64,000 bases of DNA from an uncultured Acidobacteriota bacterium (GTDB lineage Bacteria > Acidobacteriota > Terriglobia > Acidiferrales > UBA7541), in contig CAVURF010000012.1 of the NCBI GenBank assembly GCA_963743735.1, positions 32,295-96,294 of the forward strand, in the 5' to 3' direction. Positions 40,087 through 52,775 of the stretch are shown piece by piece. The number at the start of each line of letters is the position of its first letter. Positions within the stretch are counted from its first letter, which is position 1. The notes beneath the pieces were generated by a model. It was not told the origin of the DNA, made no database searches, and was given only the letters and a program-made list of their open reading frames with translations. Made by a program: the position numbers and the translations under genes.

Positions 40087-42414
40087 TCAGGTGCCGGCAA
40101 GTTCACTGATCGCTTTGCGCGCCGCTTCTGCCGCGGGACTATCGGGTTTGGCTTTGATCGCACCTTCAAAGGCAGTCCGCGCGTGCGCCGGGTCATTTAA
40201 TTTCTGATAGACCATGCCCAAGTGGTAGCGATAGGTGGGATTCGACGGAACTTTCTTAATGGCATCTTCCAGCAATGGGGCGGCCACGGAGAATGCACCG
40301 GTGTGAAAGTATGCCCAGGCGAGAGTATCGGCCGAATTGGGAGAGTCGCCCAGTCCGCGCCGCGCGATCTGAGCGAGGCTCAAAGCGACGTTTACGTCGC
40401 CGCCATGATCGAGGAGCAGGTAAGCGAGATTGTTCGCGGCGTAGGCATTATCCGATTGAATGGAAAGCGCCTGCCGATAAGTGTTTTCAGCCTGTTGCCA
40501 ATCGCCCTTCGCTTCGTAAAGAGTGCCGAGCGAGACGACCAACTGAGCGTTGGTTGGAGCCAGCGAAATTGCACGCTTGTAGCTGGTGATCGCGGCGTCG
40601 GTTTCGCCACGGCCAACCTGTACTCCAGCCAGAGCAATAACGGGCGCAGGGTTCGAAGGAGCAAGTTCAGAGGCGCGAGCGAATGATTGCTCAGCATCGG
40701 CCTGCTGGGAATTGCGGAGTTGAGCTTGACCGAGAAGAAACGCGAGGCCTGCATTGTTGGGGGATGTCTGAAACTGGTCTTTAATGCGCTGGACCGCGGC
40801 GGCGGGTTGGCCTCGCTGGAAATCCAGATTAGCGAGAGCCTCTTGCGCAGGGAAGGAGCTGGGATCGTGGACGAGCGCCTGGCGGAAAAACGAGTCAGCA
40901 TCGGCCCAACGTTTTTGCTGGGTACGCAAAAGCCCCATTTGAATATAGCCAATAGGATTTTGCGGCGCGGATCGAATCAGCCGATTGAGCTCCGCTTCCG
41001 CCGATGCGGCGTCGCCTTGATTTCCACGAGCCGTCGCACGATAAACGTATCCTTCCGGAGCATTCGGAGCGATTTTGATGAGTTGCGTTCCTATGGATTC
41101 CAGTTCGTGCCAATCGTGACGCTGGCCTGCAAGGACAGCGAGTGCGCGCCATGCTTCGGCAGACTGCGGTTGTAATTCAGCTGCTTTACGCCACTGCGTC
41201 TCAGCCTCATTGGAATTGCCTTTGAGTTGATAGGCATACCCGAGTTGTAAGATGCCCGGCGGCATTATCCGGCGCATTTTTTACCGCATCCTGCAAGGTA
41301 ACAATGGCTTCATCGGCTTTCTTTTGTTGAACCTGGATTTCTCCGCGGAGAACCAGAGCGTCAGTGTCATGAGGAGAATTTTTCAGAATCGAATCATTGA
41401 GGGGAATCGCTTCGTCCAGTTTATGTCCTAGGACGAGGAGTTGAATGTAGGTTTTCTTGACGCCAAGATCGTTTGGATGACTGGCAACCAGAGAAGAAAA
41501 TTCCGCCAGGGCCTTTGCGGAATCGTTGCGCGCGATGTAATAGTCACCAAGCATGCGGTAGCCGGCGGGGACGTCGGGCATCTGGGCCTTGGCATCGATC
41601 AGGACTTTTTCAGCTTGATCAATCTGACCCTGTGAAAAGTAAAGCGTGGCGAGAGCGGTTCGTGGCCGAGGATTTTTTGGTTCGGCCTGAATTGCCGCTT
41701 CAAATTGTTTGCGCGCATCATCGGCGCGCTTTTGATTCTCGTATATAGCACCAAGAATCATTCTCGGAGCCGCGGATGAAGGGTCAAGCGATTGAGCTTT
41801 CAGCAAATTAGCTTCCGCTTCGCTGAACGCGCCCCATTTTTGCTGGAGAAGCGCGAGATTCAGATAGACGGATGCGCGGCCCGGGTCAAGATTTACGGCT
41901 TCGCGCGCTTCGGATAGGGCAGCCTGTTGATTGCCGAGAGCAGCATCGGAACCGGAAAGCAGAATCTGCGCCTCAACGTCTTTTGGATTACTGCGTAGAA
42001 CGAGCAGTGCGCGGTCCTTGGCTTCTTGCGGTCTTCCCCCGCCGAGGAAAATTCTTCCAAGATCGAGTTGTGCCGGCCAATTGTCGGGTGCAAGTTCAAC
42101 CGTCCGCAAGAGCTCGTTGTAGGCGGCGTTCCAATTTCCGATTCGTTCACTGCACTGGGCGCTCTTGTAGAGTGCAATCACATAACGAGGATCGATCTGC
42201 AGCGCACGCGAGTAGGAGATTTGCGCCTCGGGATATTTCCCGGCATTGAAGTAGACGTCCCCTGGGCGACGAATTTCTGCTTGCGGACGTTGGGGTCCCT
42301 GGAGCAAGCCGAAAAGAGCAGGACTGCAACAGACGCAAAGGCGACCGCAGTTCGCAATATTCTGTACAACGTAAAGTTCGATAGAACTCTTCTAGCTAGT
42401 TGGAGTATCGGCAT
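40087..42414 (-). CDS. Long TPR lipoprotein (PrsT-like, exosortase system), frameshifted
   Basis: LFSAC lipobox, many TPRs, NNLAYLL...DTLAWAY...YHLG C-terminus; split over three ORFs. Confidence 0.8.
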
Positions 42415-42765
42415 GGCCTTTTCTAACGAGGTTGGATGATCAGGGTACTCGATGCAATTCTACGCCCTTAGACGGTGTAGGGCTAGCACTGGTGAAGGAC
42501 GTTTAACGGCCGCGTTCTTAGTAGGTTAGGATGCCTGAAATGTTGAGTAGGCTTGCCGGACAACACGAGCGGCTTAAGTTTTTGAGATTATCGCCGCCAA
42601 AAAGGCTAAAATTAGGGATAAGGTGGACAGAAAACTTCCACTTTTCCAAGGCGGCAATCCGGCCCCAGAGGCGTATGGGGTAAAAATGACATCTATCGGA
42701 ATCGCTAACTGACTGAAAATTAAGATGTTAATGGAAGACGATGCCGGAACGCCAAACTGCGAACG

Positions 42766-42781
42766 TGGAACCAAGGTTGCA
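42766..42781 (+). promoter_or_regulatory. Sigma54 promoter for the chain-length/kinase genes
   Basis: TGGAAC-CAAGG-TTGCA (GG-N10-GC). Confidence 0.7.
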
Positions 42782-42881
42782 CCTCTCCAACGGTGGCGGA
42801 AGCCCGTCGAACACCCACTCGGAGAGACGGACGACCCTCTTGGCGCCGGAAATGGCAATATAGTAGAAGCGAGGCGGATTT

Positions 42882-44398
42882 ATGATTCAGAACGGCGAAT
42901 TGCGAATTTCGGAAGTCAAGCGAGTCGGCCGAAAATACTGGTGGGTATTACCGCTTACCGTCACTCTGGGTGTGGGGATCGCTCTAGTAGCGACGACAGT
43001 ACTCGCCGAAAAAATATACGTCAAAAACGCTTGTTTTGATCGACCAACCCACGGTATCGGCAGAGATCGTAAAGCCGGTGGTTAATGAAGCGTCGAACCA
43101 GCGACTGGCTTCTATGCAGCAAGAAATTTTGAGCAGTACGCGTCTGCAGCCAATTATTGAGAAGTTCAACCTATATCCTGAGGATCAGGGTAAGACGCAC
43201 ATAGAGGACTTGGTGCTTCGTTTGCGCAATGCGATAACGGTTTCCCCGCTTGAGGCTATGCCCGGAACTGCAGAACATCAATTGCCAGGATTTCAAGTGG
43301 CCGTAACTTTCGACAATCCCCGGACTGCGCAACGGATCTGCTCGGAAATTACGACCATGTTTATGGAACAGAATGCGTCGTACATGGACAAAAGGTCGAA
43401 TTCCACGACGCAATTTGTCTCCCAACACCTTGAGGAAGCTCAACAAAGATTGAACGAGCAGGACGCGAAGCTGGCCGACTTCAAAAGGCGCCATATTGGA
43501 TCGCTATCGGATCAAGACCAGACTAACCTGGCCCTTTTGAGCGGAATGAATTCGCAACTGGAAGCGAACACGCAAGCTCTTAACCGGACGCAGCAGGATA
43601 AGTCACTAAACGAGTCGCTGCTGACCACGCAATTGGCGAATTGGAAGCTGGCCACGAGTGGGAACGGCAATCCGGAAACCCTGGAACAACAGCTCTCAAC
43701 CTTGCAAGATCAACTTTCGACCCTGGAGTCGCGCTATACCGAAGAGCATCCCGACGTCATTAAGACTAAAGGCCAAATCGAGCAGCTCAAAAAGCAGATC
43801 GCAACAGGCCCACGCCCGAGCATAAGCACGACACCCTCGCGGGCAGCTGCCATCGAGCCGCCGCAGGTCCAGCAATTCAGGCTAAAAATCCGGCAAGAGG
43901 ATCTTGATATCGCAGATCTTACCAAGCGGCAGTCGCAGATTCAGAACCAAATCAACATCCTTCAGGGACGGCTGCAGTCGAGCCCAGCGGTGGAACAAGA
44001 ATTCAAGGAACTGACGCGAAATTACCAGACGGCGCTGGATTTCTACAACGATTTACTGAAAAAGCGCGACCAATCGCAGATAGCCGGCGACTTGAATCGT
44101 CAGCAGGAAGGCGAGCACTTCAATGTGCTGGATCCAGCGAGCCTGCCGCTGGAGCCGTCGTTTCCGAAGAAGTTGAATTTTGCCGGAGGCGGCTTTGGAG
44201 CCGGATTGGCGCTCGGTTTTGGCGATTCTTTACTTGCTGGCTGCATTAGATAAGTCCATGCACACCGAATACGACGTGGAAGTCTGTCTGAAGCTGCCTG
44301 TGCTGGTGGCAGTTCCGACGCTCGATCGAATGGGCAAAGGGCACGGTCGAGGCGCGAGTTTGGATAAGACCTTAGAATTGGCAGGCACGCGTACGTGA
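42882..44398 (+). CDS. Polysaccharide co-polymerase / chain-length determinant (Wzc-like membrane part), frameshifted
   Basis: N-terminal TM, coiled coils, YTEEHPDV, LTRNY, F.VLDPASLP..P, C-terminal TM and L.LPVL..VP. Confidence 0.85.
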
Positions 44399-44435
44399 AC
44401 GCCGAACCAGGGCGAATGAAGTCAATGAGGAGCCT

Positions 44436-45350
44436 ATGAGCCGGATTCACGAAGCATTGAAGAAGGCAGCGCAGGAGCGGTCGGAGCATCTCCCGGCGAG
44501 TATCGATTCCAGCGTTACGTTTGATCCGATCGACCTAGCGCGCCCGCTGGGTTCCGTCGAGTCTTTTCCGACCATTGGCTCGAACCTCCCACCCTTGCAA
44601 GACACTAATGTCCTTCGTTACGAGGACTTGGTCAAGAAGTGTGTGCGGACCAGACTTAAGATTGATCCGAGAATGAGCGTGTTTGAGGGTCAGGACGAGC
44701 AGAGCCTTGGAGCGGAGAGATTTCGGACGCTGAGATCGCGGCTTTATCAGATTGCCAGCGCGCAAACGTTGCGAAGGCTGGTGATCACGAGCACCTTGCC
44801 GGCGGAAGGTAAAACGTTTGTCGCCGCCAACCTGGCGCAGTCGATCGTACGACAGCCGGAGCGGCGGGTGCTGCTGATTGATGGAGACCTCCGGGCATCC
44901 CGGCTCCACCTGTCACTCGGAATACAGAAGTCGCCCGGACTTGCGGACTATTTGCGGGGCGAGGCGGAGTTGTGCAGTGTCATTCAAAAGGAAGAGGATT
45001 CGAACCTGTGCCTGATCGCGGGCGGGAGCGATGTTTCCAACCCAAGCGAGCTATTATCGAATCCACGCCTGAAGGACTTGCTCGACCTGGTTTCGCCACT
45101 GTTTGATTGGATCATCCTGGATGCGCCACCGGCGCTGCCCGTGCACGATGCGAGTATCATCGCCGATCTGTGCGACGGTGTGCTGTTTGTGGTTCGCGCA
45201 GGGGTAACAGACTTCGAGATGGCCGCCAAGGCTGCCGAAGATTTTAAGGAAAAGCATTTGGGCGTGGTATTGAATCGCATGGAACACGGTGTCGGTTACG
45301 GCGGATATTACTACAGCTTATCCAGCCGGAGAGAACACCGAAGCAACTAA
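44436..45350 (+). CDS. CpsD/CapB-family BY-kinase
   Basis: MSRIHEALKKA, ERFRTLR, EGKT, LIDGDLR, ILDAPP, C-terminal Tyr cluster YGGYYYS. Confidence 0.93.
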   Translation: MSRIHEALKKAAQERSEHLPASIDSSVTFDPIDLARPLGSVESFPTIGSNLPPLQDTNVLRYEDLVKKCVRTRLKIDPRMSVFEGQDEQSLGAERFRTLRSRLYQIASAQTLRRLVITSTLPAEGKTFVAANLAQSIVRQPERRVLLIDGDLRASRLHLSLGIQKSPGLADYLRGEAELCSVIQKEEDSNLCLIAGGSDVSNPSELLSNPRLKDLLDLVSPLFDWIILDAPPALPVHDASIIADLCDGVLFVVRAGVTDFEMAAKAAEDFKEKHLGVVLNRMEHGVGYGGYYYSLSSRREHRSN

Positions 45351-46296
45351 GCCCGAACCTGACCGGCCGCCCTTGCGGGAGCTGCCGACTCGCCTCGTTG
45401 CAAGAGCCACACTAGCGGCGCCAGCAAGAGCAATCCGAGCAGAAAGAAAACGACGCCGCCTTCGCGGTGCAGTCTGCCATATAGGAAGCCGGGATCCACG
45501 TAGCTGGCGAGCAACGTCAGAGTGACGATGCGCACCCCGTTTTTCAAAATCATCATAAATAAGCCGGCGATCACCAGAACCACTTGCTTCCAGAATGTGT
45601 GCAGGTAGAAGTACGCAACCAGAATGGCCAGGATCAAAAGAGCCAGACTGGAGCGGATGCCGCTGCATTCGCGCGCAACCTCGATGTTGACGCGAGCGAG
45701 GTGAAAAACGAAGCCATCACGGAGGACCGGCACGCCGCTCCAATCGAAGAGAACTGCGGCAACTTCCGTGGATCCTTTTTGCAGGAAGTAGATCACCTTA
45801 TCGAGAATAAAATCGGGAATAGGAATGGTGAGAAGAAGAAAGAAAAACGGAAATCGCGCGCGCTGGAGCGTCTGCCGGCCGAAGAAAAAAGCAAAACCAG
45901 CGGCCCAAAGCAGGATCAGGGCGAATATATAGACGGAGAGCTGGTTGAGTGCGCTCCAGCGAGATCCAATCGAGAAGGCGACGAGAGCAACAGCAACACC
46001 TGCGGCCAACAACATGGATGCCCATGCAATGTCCGAGCCCAGGCAGCCTTAAAGATGCGGTCGCGCTCCAGAAATACGACCCATGCGGCGATAAAGGGAA
46101 TCACCACGAGATGAGAAGCGTTTTCGTCCGAAAGTGAGTAAGAAACGAAGGCCATGAGCGGGTGCAGGAAGAGCAGGCAAGATGCGAAAATCCATCCCAT
46201 ATATAGAAGCGTGCGCCGGGAAAGAGATCCGAGCGAAGAAGATCCGCTTGAATCGATCGAAGACAGTGGCGTGTTGGAAGGGGTAATGTCAGGCAC
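45347..46296 (-). CDS. Exosortase (XrtA-like), one frameshift
   Basis: Multi-TM protein; SH...IP; P.FFLLL.IP.P; catalytic ECSGIRS, NGVRI and LHREGG (Cys-Arg-His). Confidence 0.88.
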
Positions 46297-46328
46297 GCTG
46301 GATGCATTCCGCCAAATGATTCTAACCG

Positions 46329-47351
46329 CTAAAGGTTTCCGAGCGATTGGTATAGTGACGGTCGTAGTAGCTTCAGATATTCGCCGGAGCGCGCGTGTTC
46401 GAGCCAGGAGGAGTTGGAGCGATACCAGTCGATCGTCTTACGGATGCCGTCCTCGAAGGAAACCTGCGGAAGCCAGCCGAGTTCGCGGCGAATTTTTGAG
46501 CTGTCAAGGGCGTAACGCCGATCGTGGCCGGGGCGATCCTTTACGTATTGCATAAGAGTTTCAGGTTTGCCGAGATGTTTGAGAATGGTCTTAACGATTT
46601 TCAGATTCGGCTGAGGCGTGCCTGCAGAAACGTTGTAAATCTCACCGGTTTTTCCTTTTTCGAAGCGCCAGCGTGATCGCCCGGCAATAGTCTTCGACGA
46701 AAAGCCAATCGCGCTCCTGCATGCCATCGCCGTAGATGGGAAGCGTTTTGTCTTCTTGCGCGTTGGCAATGATCAAAGGAATCAATTTCTCGGGAAATTG
46801 GAACGGGCCGTAGTTGTTGGTGCATCGAAGAATGATTGCGGAGACGCCATAGGTGTTGGCGTACGCTGTCACAAAATGGTCCGCGGAAGCTTTGCTGGCG
46901 GCGTACGGACTGCGCGGATCGAGAATCGTTTCTTCCGTGAAGCTGCCTCCGGCCGGCGCGCTGCCATAAACTTCGTCCGTGCTGATGTGGACGAATCGCG
47001 GGAGCTTGGTTGCGCGGGCCGCTTCGAGAAGGCATTGTGCTCCCAAGACGTTGGTGCGAAGAAACGGCGACGCGTCTTCAATGCTGCGGTCAACGTGAGT
47101 TTCGGCGGCGAAATTCACCAGCGCATCGAATCCGTCCTTGAAGAGTTCGGAAACTGCGGCCGGATCGCTGATATCGCCGCGAACAAAAGCGTAACGAGGG
47201 TCCGTCGGCCAGGTCGCTGAGGCTCTCCGGATTTCCGGCGTAGGTCAACTTATCGAAATTGACGATGCGGATATCGCGCGCGAGTGCCGAGAAGCTGTCG
47301 AATGAAATTCGAACCGATGAATCCTGCGCCGCCAGTCACCAGGATTTTCAC
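46329..47351 (-). CDS. rmlB: dTDP-glucose 4,6-dehydratase, frameshifted
   Basis: LVTGGAGFIGS, FAAETHVDRSI, HISTDEVYG, PYAASKA, NNYGP.QFPEKLIP, DRPGHDRRY. Confidence 0.92.
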
Positions 47352-47397
47352 TAAAATTCTCCTTTAGGACGAATGGTTACGCCAAGTTCCGGCAAAG

Positions 47398-48170
47398 CTA
47401 GTCGGAACCCTTCGAATTGCGAGGCGGAGCACCACGTCCGGGGATCTTATTGGCCCCGGTTTCAGCAACCAGATTCGTAGCCTTCAGCAAGGATTCAAAG
47501 GTTCCCGCGTCGGTCCACCAACCGTCGAGGATGCTGTGGGTGAGAGAGCCTTCCTCAAGGTACATGTTATTCACGTCGGTGATTTCCAGTTCATTTCGCG
47601 AACTGGGTTTCGTCCGTCCGATCTTTTCGAATACCGTCGCATCGTAGAAATAGATGCCAGTCACGGCATAATCGGATTTCGGATTTTTGGGTTTTTCTTC
47701 AATGCGGAGAATTCGGCCATCGGAAAGGTCGGGACAGCCGAAACGCTGGGGATCAGGAACCTGCTTAAGAAGGATATGAGCGCCGGCAGCTTGCTTTTCG
47801 AAAGCCTCGAGCCGATGCGATGATATTGTTTTCAATGATGTTGTCACCGAGAATGACGCAGATTTTTTCGCCCTTCCACAAACGGTTCGGCAAGACGCAA
47901 AGCGTCTGCGATTCCGCCTTCGCCTTCCTGGTAGGTGTAATGAATTCTGTGCAAATCGAAATCTTTGCCGTTGGAAAGAAGCCGTAGAAAATCTCCGGAA
48001 TTGTGCCCGCCGGTGACCACGATAACGTCGCGGATTCCCGCATCCACCAGGGTTTGGATGGGGTAATAAATCATTGGCCGCTCGAACACCGGCAGCAGAT
48101 GCTTATTGGTGACACGCGTCAGAGGATAAAGGCGCGTTCCTTTGCCCCCAGCAAGAACCACACCTTTCAT
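47398..48170 (-). CDS. rmlA: Glucose-1-phosphate thymidylyltransferase, frameshifted
   Basis: GVVLAGGKGTRLYPLT..NKHLLPV, ILGDN, EEKP, ELEITDVN, WTDAGT. Confidence 0.9.
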
Positions 48171-48395
48171 GCGTGAATGTCTCCCTTGCAGAAAAATCGA
48201 TGGAAAAGCAGATCCAAGTTGCAGCCGAACGAAGCCTGAATCAAAGCTCACCTAACCACTCTATGTTATATCCATTCGTCCTACCAGATAGGGAGGTTTA
48301 AATCCGTCATGGCGAATACTCTAAAGTTCAAGGAGCACGATTCGATTCTCGCGTGAGTACGTGCTGACAGCTTCGCGCGGGCTGCTGCCGCAGGT

Positions 48396-49520
48396 TTAGC
48401 GCGCTTTAAAGATGCCGTTGTCTGAATCACGTAAAGCATAGAGTGCAGCGCCGATTGCGGCGCCAAGCGTATTGGTGATCAGATCGGTGGTTCCGGAGTT
48501 TCTCATTGGAATGTAGGCTTGCAGCACTTCGATGGTCAGGCTCAGCGACAGACCGACACAGAGCGGTCAGCGCAACCGACCGTTTTCCGTTGCGCAGTGA
48601 AATCAGCGTACGCGCAAACAAAGAAACCCGCGCGGGACGAAGCCCACGACGTTAATTGCCAGATCCGTGACGTACCAACGGTTAGGTGTGTATTCCTTCC
48701 ATGGCGGAGTGAGAAAAGGCGGATATAGAATGGAATAATACTCAGGAATCGTCAGGTCCGGTTCGGAGCGCGTTTGGTCGTGGATGACGCGACCGCCGCG
48801 TTCGGAGAAGTCGTAGACGGCAAGCGCACTCTGCAAATCTGCGCGATCAAGCGTTGTGCCGGAAGAAAAGGCACGATAGTGGCGCAGACTGGTGCCTGCA
48901 TCCAGACTTCCGTGATAAATGGCTAGCGCAAAAATATTTCCCTGCCAGGGATCGTATCGTTCCGGGGAGTTTGCCAATACCAAGGTCCCGGCCAACGATT
49001 CACAAGTTAACCGGACATCGCTCGAACGCCGACGCAACGATTCCGTCGATGAAAATGGACGTGCCACCAGAATCCCCGGAAATGCTGACGAATGACGCTG
49101 CGGTCCTTTTGGAAATAGGAAGGCAATCGCCATATGTTTCGTCTCCAGCCGGCCCTGACGATTCAGTCGCCTCTGAATCACGAATAAATCACTCAAGGCT
49201 TTGCGTAAGTTGAAATTGCACGGGATTCGATGGCGTTGAAACTGCAAGAATTGAAGTTGCAGGCTGAAGAGAATGCGGGCGCAAGCCAAAGCTCCAGGCT
49301 GCACGGCCTGGCGGCTTCCAGTGGCCGGTACGCGAAATTGATCGGAGCTCACCACCGAACCATTCGCGCCAAAGCGAATTCCGTTCCGCGCCACAATCCA
49401 ATTCACGTTATTCGCGGGATGGAAGCGAAGCGGCCATAATCCGATAACCAGGATGCCGACGAGCATGGCGGCCGTGGTTCCATACAAGATCCACGCATTC
49501 GCTGCCGGTGCGAGGTACAT
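48396..49520 (-). CDS. VanZ-family membrane protein with a LamG-like periplasmic insert, frameshifted
   Basis: GLWP N-terminal TM; C-terminal D..IN..GFVP and [19 protein letters not shown] VanZ motif. Confidence 0.7.
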
Positions 49521-49549
49521 TCTTCATTCCGGAATATTTGCGGCGGACA

Positions 49550-50593
49550 TCATAAAAAGGAGACCTTTCCGGAGCCGCCGGTCGCTATGCGCGGAATATT
49601 CGGACTCCGCTGACTCCGGTCAACAATGGCCGATACTATTTTCGGTTTCGAGAAGTCGCCAACGGACTGGCTGGTACGAAAACGCGACAGCGCTTCGCCC
49701 AAGCCTTGAATGAACACTTCGGAGTTGTAGACGTCCGCGTCTGGCTGGCTCACGGCGTTGGCCGGTGCCACAGGTTCGACTTCGTCCAACTGAAATTCGC
49801 GTGCGACATCTTCGACGATGCTGGGCTGGATGGGACGCTGCTGTTCGACGAAAGCGTTGATCAGCGAATGTTCGCAAAGGAGATTGATCACGCGCGGGAT
49901 GCCCATCGAAAACAGATGCACCGCGTCGATAGCGTTTTCCGCAAAGAACGACTGCGGGTCCGCCGCGCCGGCAATGCGAAGGCGCTCCGCGATGTACTGG
50001 CCGGTTTCCTCTCTGGAGAGCGGATTGGTCTTGCAGCGCAGCATGACGCGCTGGCGGAGCTGACGCAGTTGTGGCAGTTTGAGTTTTTCCTCGAGCTCGG
50101 GCTGGCCTGAGAGAACGATTTGCAGCAGCTTGTCGGTGGAAGTCTCGAGATTGGTCAGCAGACGAATTTCTTCCAGCACCGGAAACGTCAGGTTTTGTGC
50201 TTCGTCCACGATCAGCACCGCGGTTTCGCCGGAGCGGTAACGGTCCAGCAGCCAGTGATTGAGCTTCATGAGCTGCTGGCTTTTTGAGTGTATGTCGCAT
50301 TGAATCTCAAATTCCGCCAGGACAAAATCGAACAATTGGTTGGTGTTCATCCGGGAGTTGAACAGGAAGGCGGTCTTGGTCCTGCGCAGGTGCAGCCAGT
50401 CGAGCAGGCGGTTTACCAGGGTCGTCTTTCCGGTTCCGACTTCGCCGGTTAGCGTGATGAATCCCTTTCGCTTCTGGATGCCGTACATCAATCCGGAAAG
50501 CGCTTCCTCAATCGGTTTGGTCAGAAAGAGGTAACGCGGATCGGGGTTTACGTTGAACGGATTTTCTTTCAGCCCGAAGAAAGCCTTGTACAT
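49550..50593 (-). CDS. ExeA/GspA-like AAA ATPase (exosortase-system associated)
   Basis: MY..FFGL.E.PF...PDP, GEVGTGKT, LIVDEAQ, LRQLRQR, GIPR.IN. Confidence 0.92.
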   Translation of the reverse strand: MYKAFFGLKENPFNVNPDPRYLFLTKPIEEALSGLMYGIQKRKGFITLTGEVGTGKTTLVNRLLDWLHLRRTKTAFLFNSRMNTNQLFDFVLAEFEIQCDIHSKSQQLMKLNHWLLDRYRSGETAVLIVDEAQNLTFPVLEEIRLLTNLETSTDKLLQIVLSGQPELEEKLKLPQLRQLRQRVMLRCKTNPLSREETGQYIAERLRIAGAADPQSFFAENAIDAVHLFSMGIPRVINLLCEHSLINAFVEQQRPIQPSIVEDVAREFQLDEVEPVAPANAVSQPDADVYNSEVFIQGLGEALSRFRTSQSVGDFSKPKIVSAIVDRSQRSPNIPRIATGGSGKVSFL

Positions 50594-50681
50594 AGTGTGT
50601 CCGCCGATGACTCCTGGTTACAAGTCCTAAAGCGAAGGGATTCCAACATCAGCTTCGAGTCCCTCCGCAAATCCCTTCTAC

Positions 50682-52127
50682 TCAGCGCAATACGAACGGT
50701 CGGGTGTGCCAACTGAGACCAAGCGTGATTTGATGGCTGACGTAATCCGAGCCGCAGGTACCGATAATACAGTTGCGCTGCTGCGCTGGATTGCTGAATG
50801 TACGCGGTGTAAGCTCCGGAAAAGCTCAAGTTTCGTCCCAAAGTGGCGGTCCGCACCGCCGCCGACGTAAAACGTATCATAGGTGGCCGTGCCTGACCCG
50901 GCGGCATCTCGTTGATATCACGCTGCTGTTGTGCGCGAATCCGAACTGGACGTTGCCGTGCCACTGCCGCGTCAGTTGCCGGTTTCCCTGCAGTTGCAGC
51001 TGATCGGTAGACGCTCCTAGAAATACGCCGCTGCCACCGGTCACGCCGTGGTTATAAGTGAGGCCGACGCCGCCGCGCTTGAACGTATAATTTAAGATTC
51101 GCGGACGCCGCTTCTCCTACGTGTTGCGTTTCCGTGCCGATGGGAACGCGGAAAGTCGGTGATCTCCACGCCACCTGCGAGCTGCAACGCCAGTCTTGCC
51201 GGTAATTTTTCTTCCATACGAAAGCTGCGGTGAATGATCTGCCGATGGCTTGCGGCTGTCCCAGAAAGTGATAGGCGCTAAACCGGTAGACTACGCCCAC
51301 TGTATCCTTCTGGGTGAGAGCGTAATTGTAACCGGCGTTGCAGAATCACATCATTGCTTTCGATGTTCCCGGGATCAACAAAACGCAGGATGCCGTACAC
51401 GGCGCCGAAGGTTACCGAGCTGCGGTGGGACAGCAAGATAATGTCACCTGCGATCCGAACGAGTTGCTGTACGAGGCCCAAACCCGCTGTAGATGGATTG
51501 ATTGGGAACGAATCCGTTCCCAAGTCCAGGGCGTGATGGAACCCGGCGCGCCGCCAACACCCGGGAATGACAGATTCGGTTCCGGCGCCAAAACCGAATG
51601 CAGTGCCGGGAAGATAGGAAAACTGGTCCGACAAGCGTTAACTGCCAACCGCTCCCAATCAAACTCTTGAACGACGCCAAATTGATGGTTCTGGCCGTTG
51701 CCGATCGATGAGTCCGTCGAAAAATAACCGCCACCTGTGTAGTTAATCCCAAGCTGGCCGCGGTTCCAGGCTTCGAGCAACGTCAAATTGCCTTGAATGT
51801 AGTTGGTTGAACTCCAGCTGGTGCCCCCGCCCTGTGCCAAGCCGTTTGACTGAATCGCATTGTAATAGGAAAGCCCAGGTTTGCCAAAAGCTGTGGCGCA
51901 GTTCCGGCGCTCCAGTGGTTGGATTCTGGAATCCGGTCAGAGGACGATTGTCGGGTCGAATGTTTGTCCCGTTTTCGTCGGTGACTTGGTCGTCCGTATG
52001 AGTGGCGGCACCGATCGCGCCGCCGGTTTCGGCGGAGTTCGTCCTCGGCTCCTGGCTGCACGCCGGCAACGGGGAACAAAGAAGTGCAGTCGTCAGCAAG
52101 TATCCCAAAAAGATGTCCTGGTTTCAC
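50682..52127 (-). CDS. Probable outer-membrane beta-barrel for polysaccharide export, heavily frameshifted
   Basis: Signal peptide; Gly/Ser/aromatic beta-strand-like fragments across several ORFs; lies between wza and the ATPase. Confidence 0.6.
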
Positions 52128-52136
52128 GGTGCCTTC

Positions 52137-52775
52137 CTACGGAACAACGACTGTGTCTCCGGGTTGCAGTTGGATGTTTTGCTCTGGATGATTTCCCTTG
52201 ATTACTTCTTTGTAGTTAAAGGGATATTTCACTTGTTTGCCGGCTTCGTTTCGCAAGACGTAGATTCCCTTTTCACGCGCAAATTGCGTGAAACCACCGG
52301 AACTGGTCAGCGCCTGCAAAACGGTCATATTCGGCAGCATCGGAAATACGCCGGGTCGTCGACTTCACCGGTCACATAGATGCGCCGGCTGTTGATTTCC
52401 GCCACGCTTACGGTGACTTGAGGGTTATTCATGAACTTTTTCAAACCCTCGGTGATGCGTTGGAAAGTTCCATTGGCGATAGTCCGGCTGCCTGCACGTC
52501 GTTTAGCAAGCGGCAGCGATATTTTGCCGTCCGGCCGCACCGGAATACCGCCGCGGGAAATCTCCGGCTCCTTCCACACATCGATGCGCAGGATGTCCTG
52601 CGCCCCGATCTTGTATGAAGTATCGTTCGCAGCGATGGCATCGCTTGGATGAGCCGTCGGTTCGGGCCGTCTGGCTTGCGGTACTTTCGTGTGGCTCCGT
52701 CTTTTTTTGATCCTGGGCCGGGGTCGCAACGGCCAGAAACGAGAGACCCAGCAAAATATACCCTGCCGGTTTCAT
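52137..52775 (-). CDS. wza: Wza-like polysaccharide export protein, frameshifted
   Basis: YKIGAQDIL.I.VWKEP, VRPDGKISLPL, NPQVTV, IYVTGEV, L.PGDTVVVP. Confidence 0.85.

Noticed and set aside
49550-50593. Type II secretion system
   Set aside because: Only the ExeA-like ATPase is present, with no secretin or pseudopilins; this ATPase type is typical of exosortase-EPS loci.
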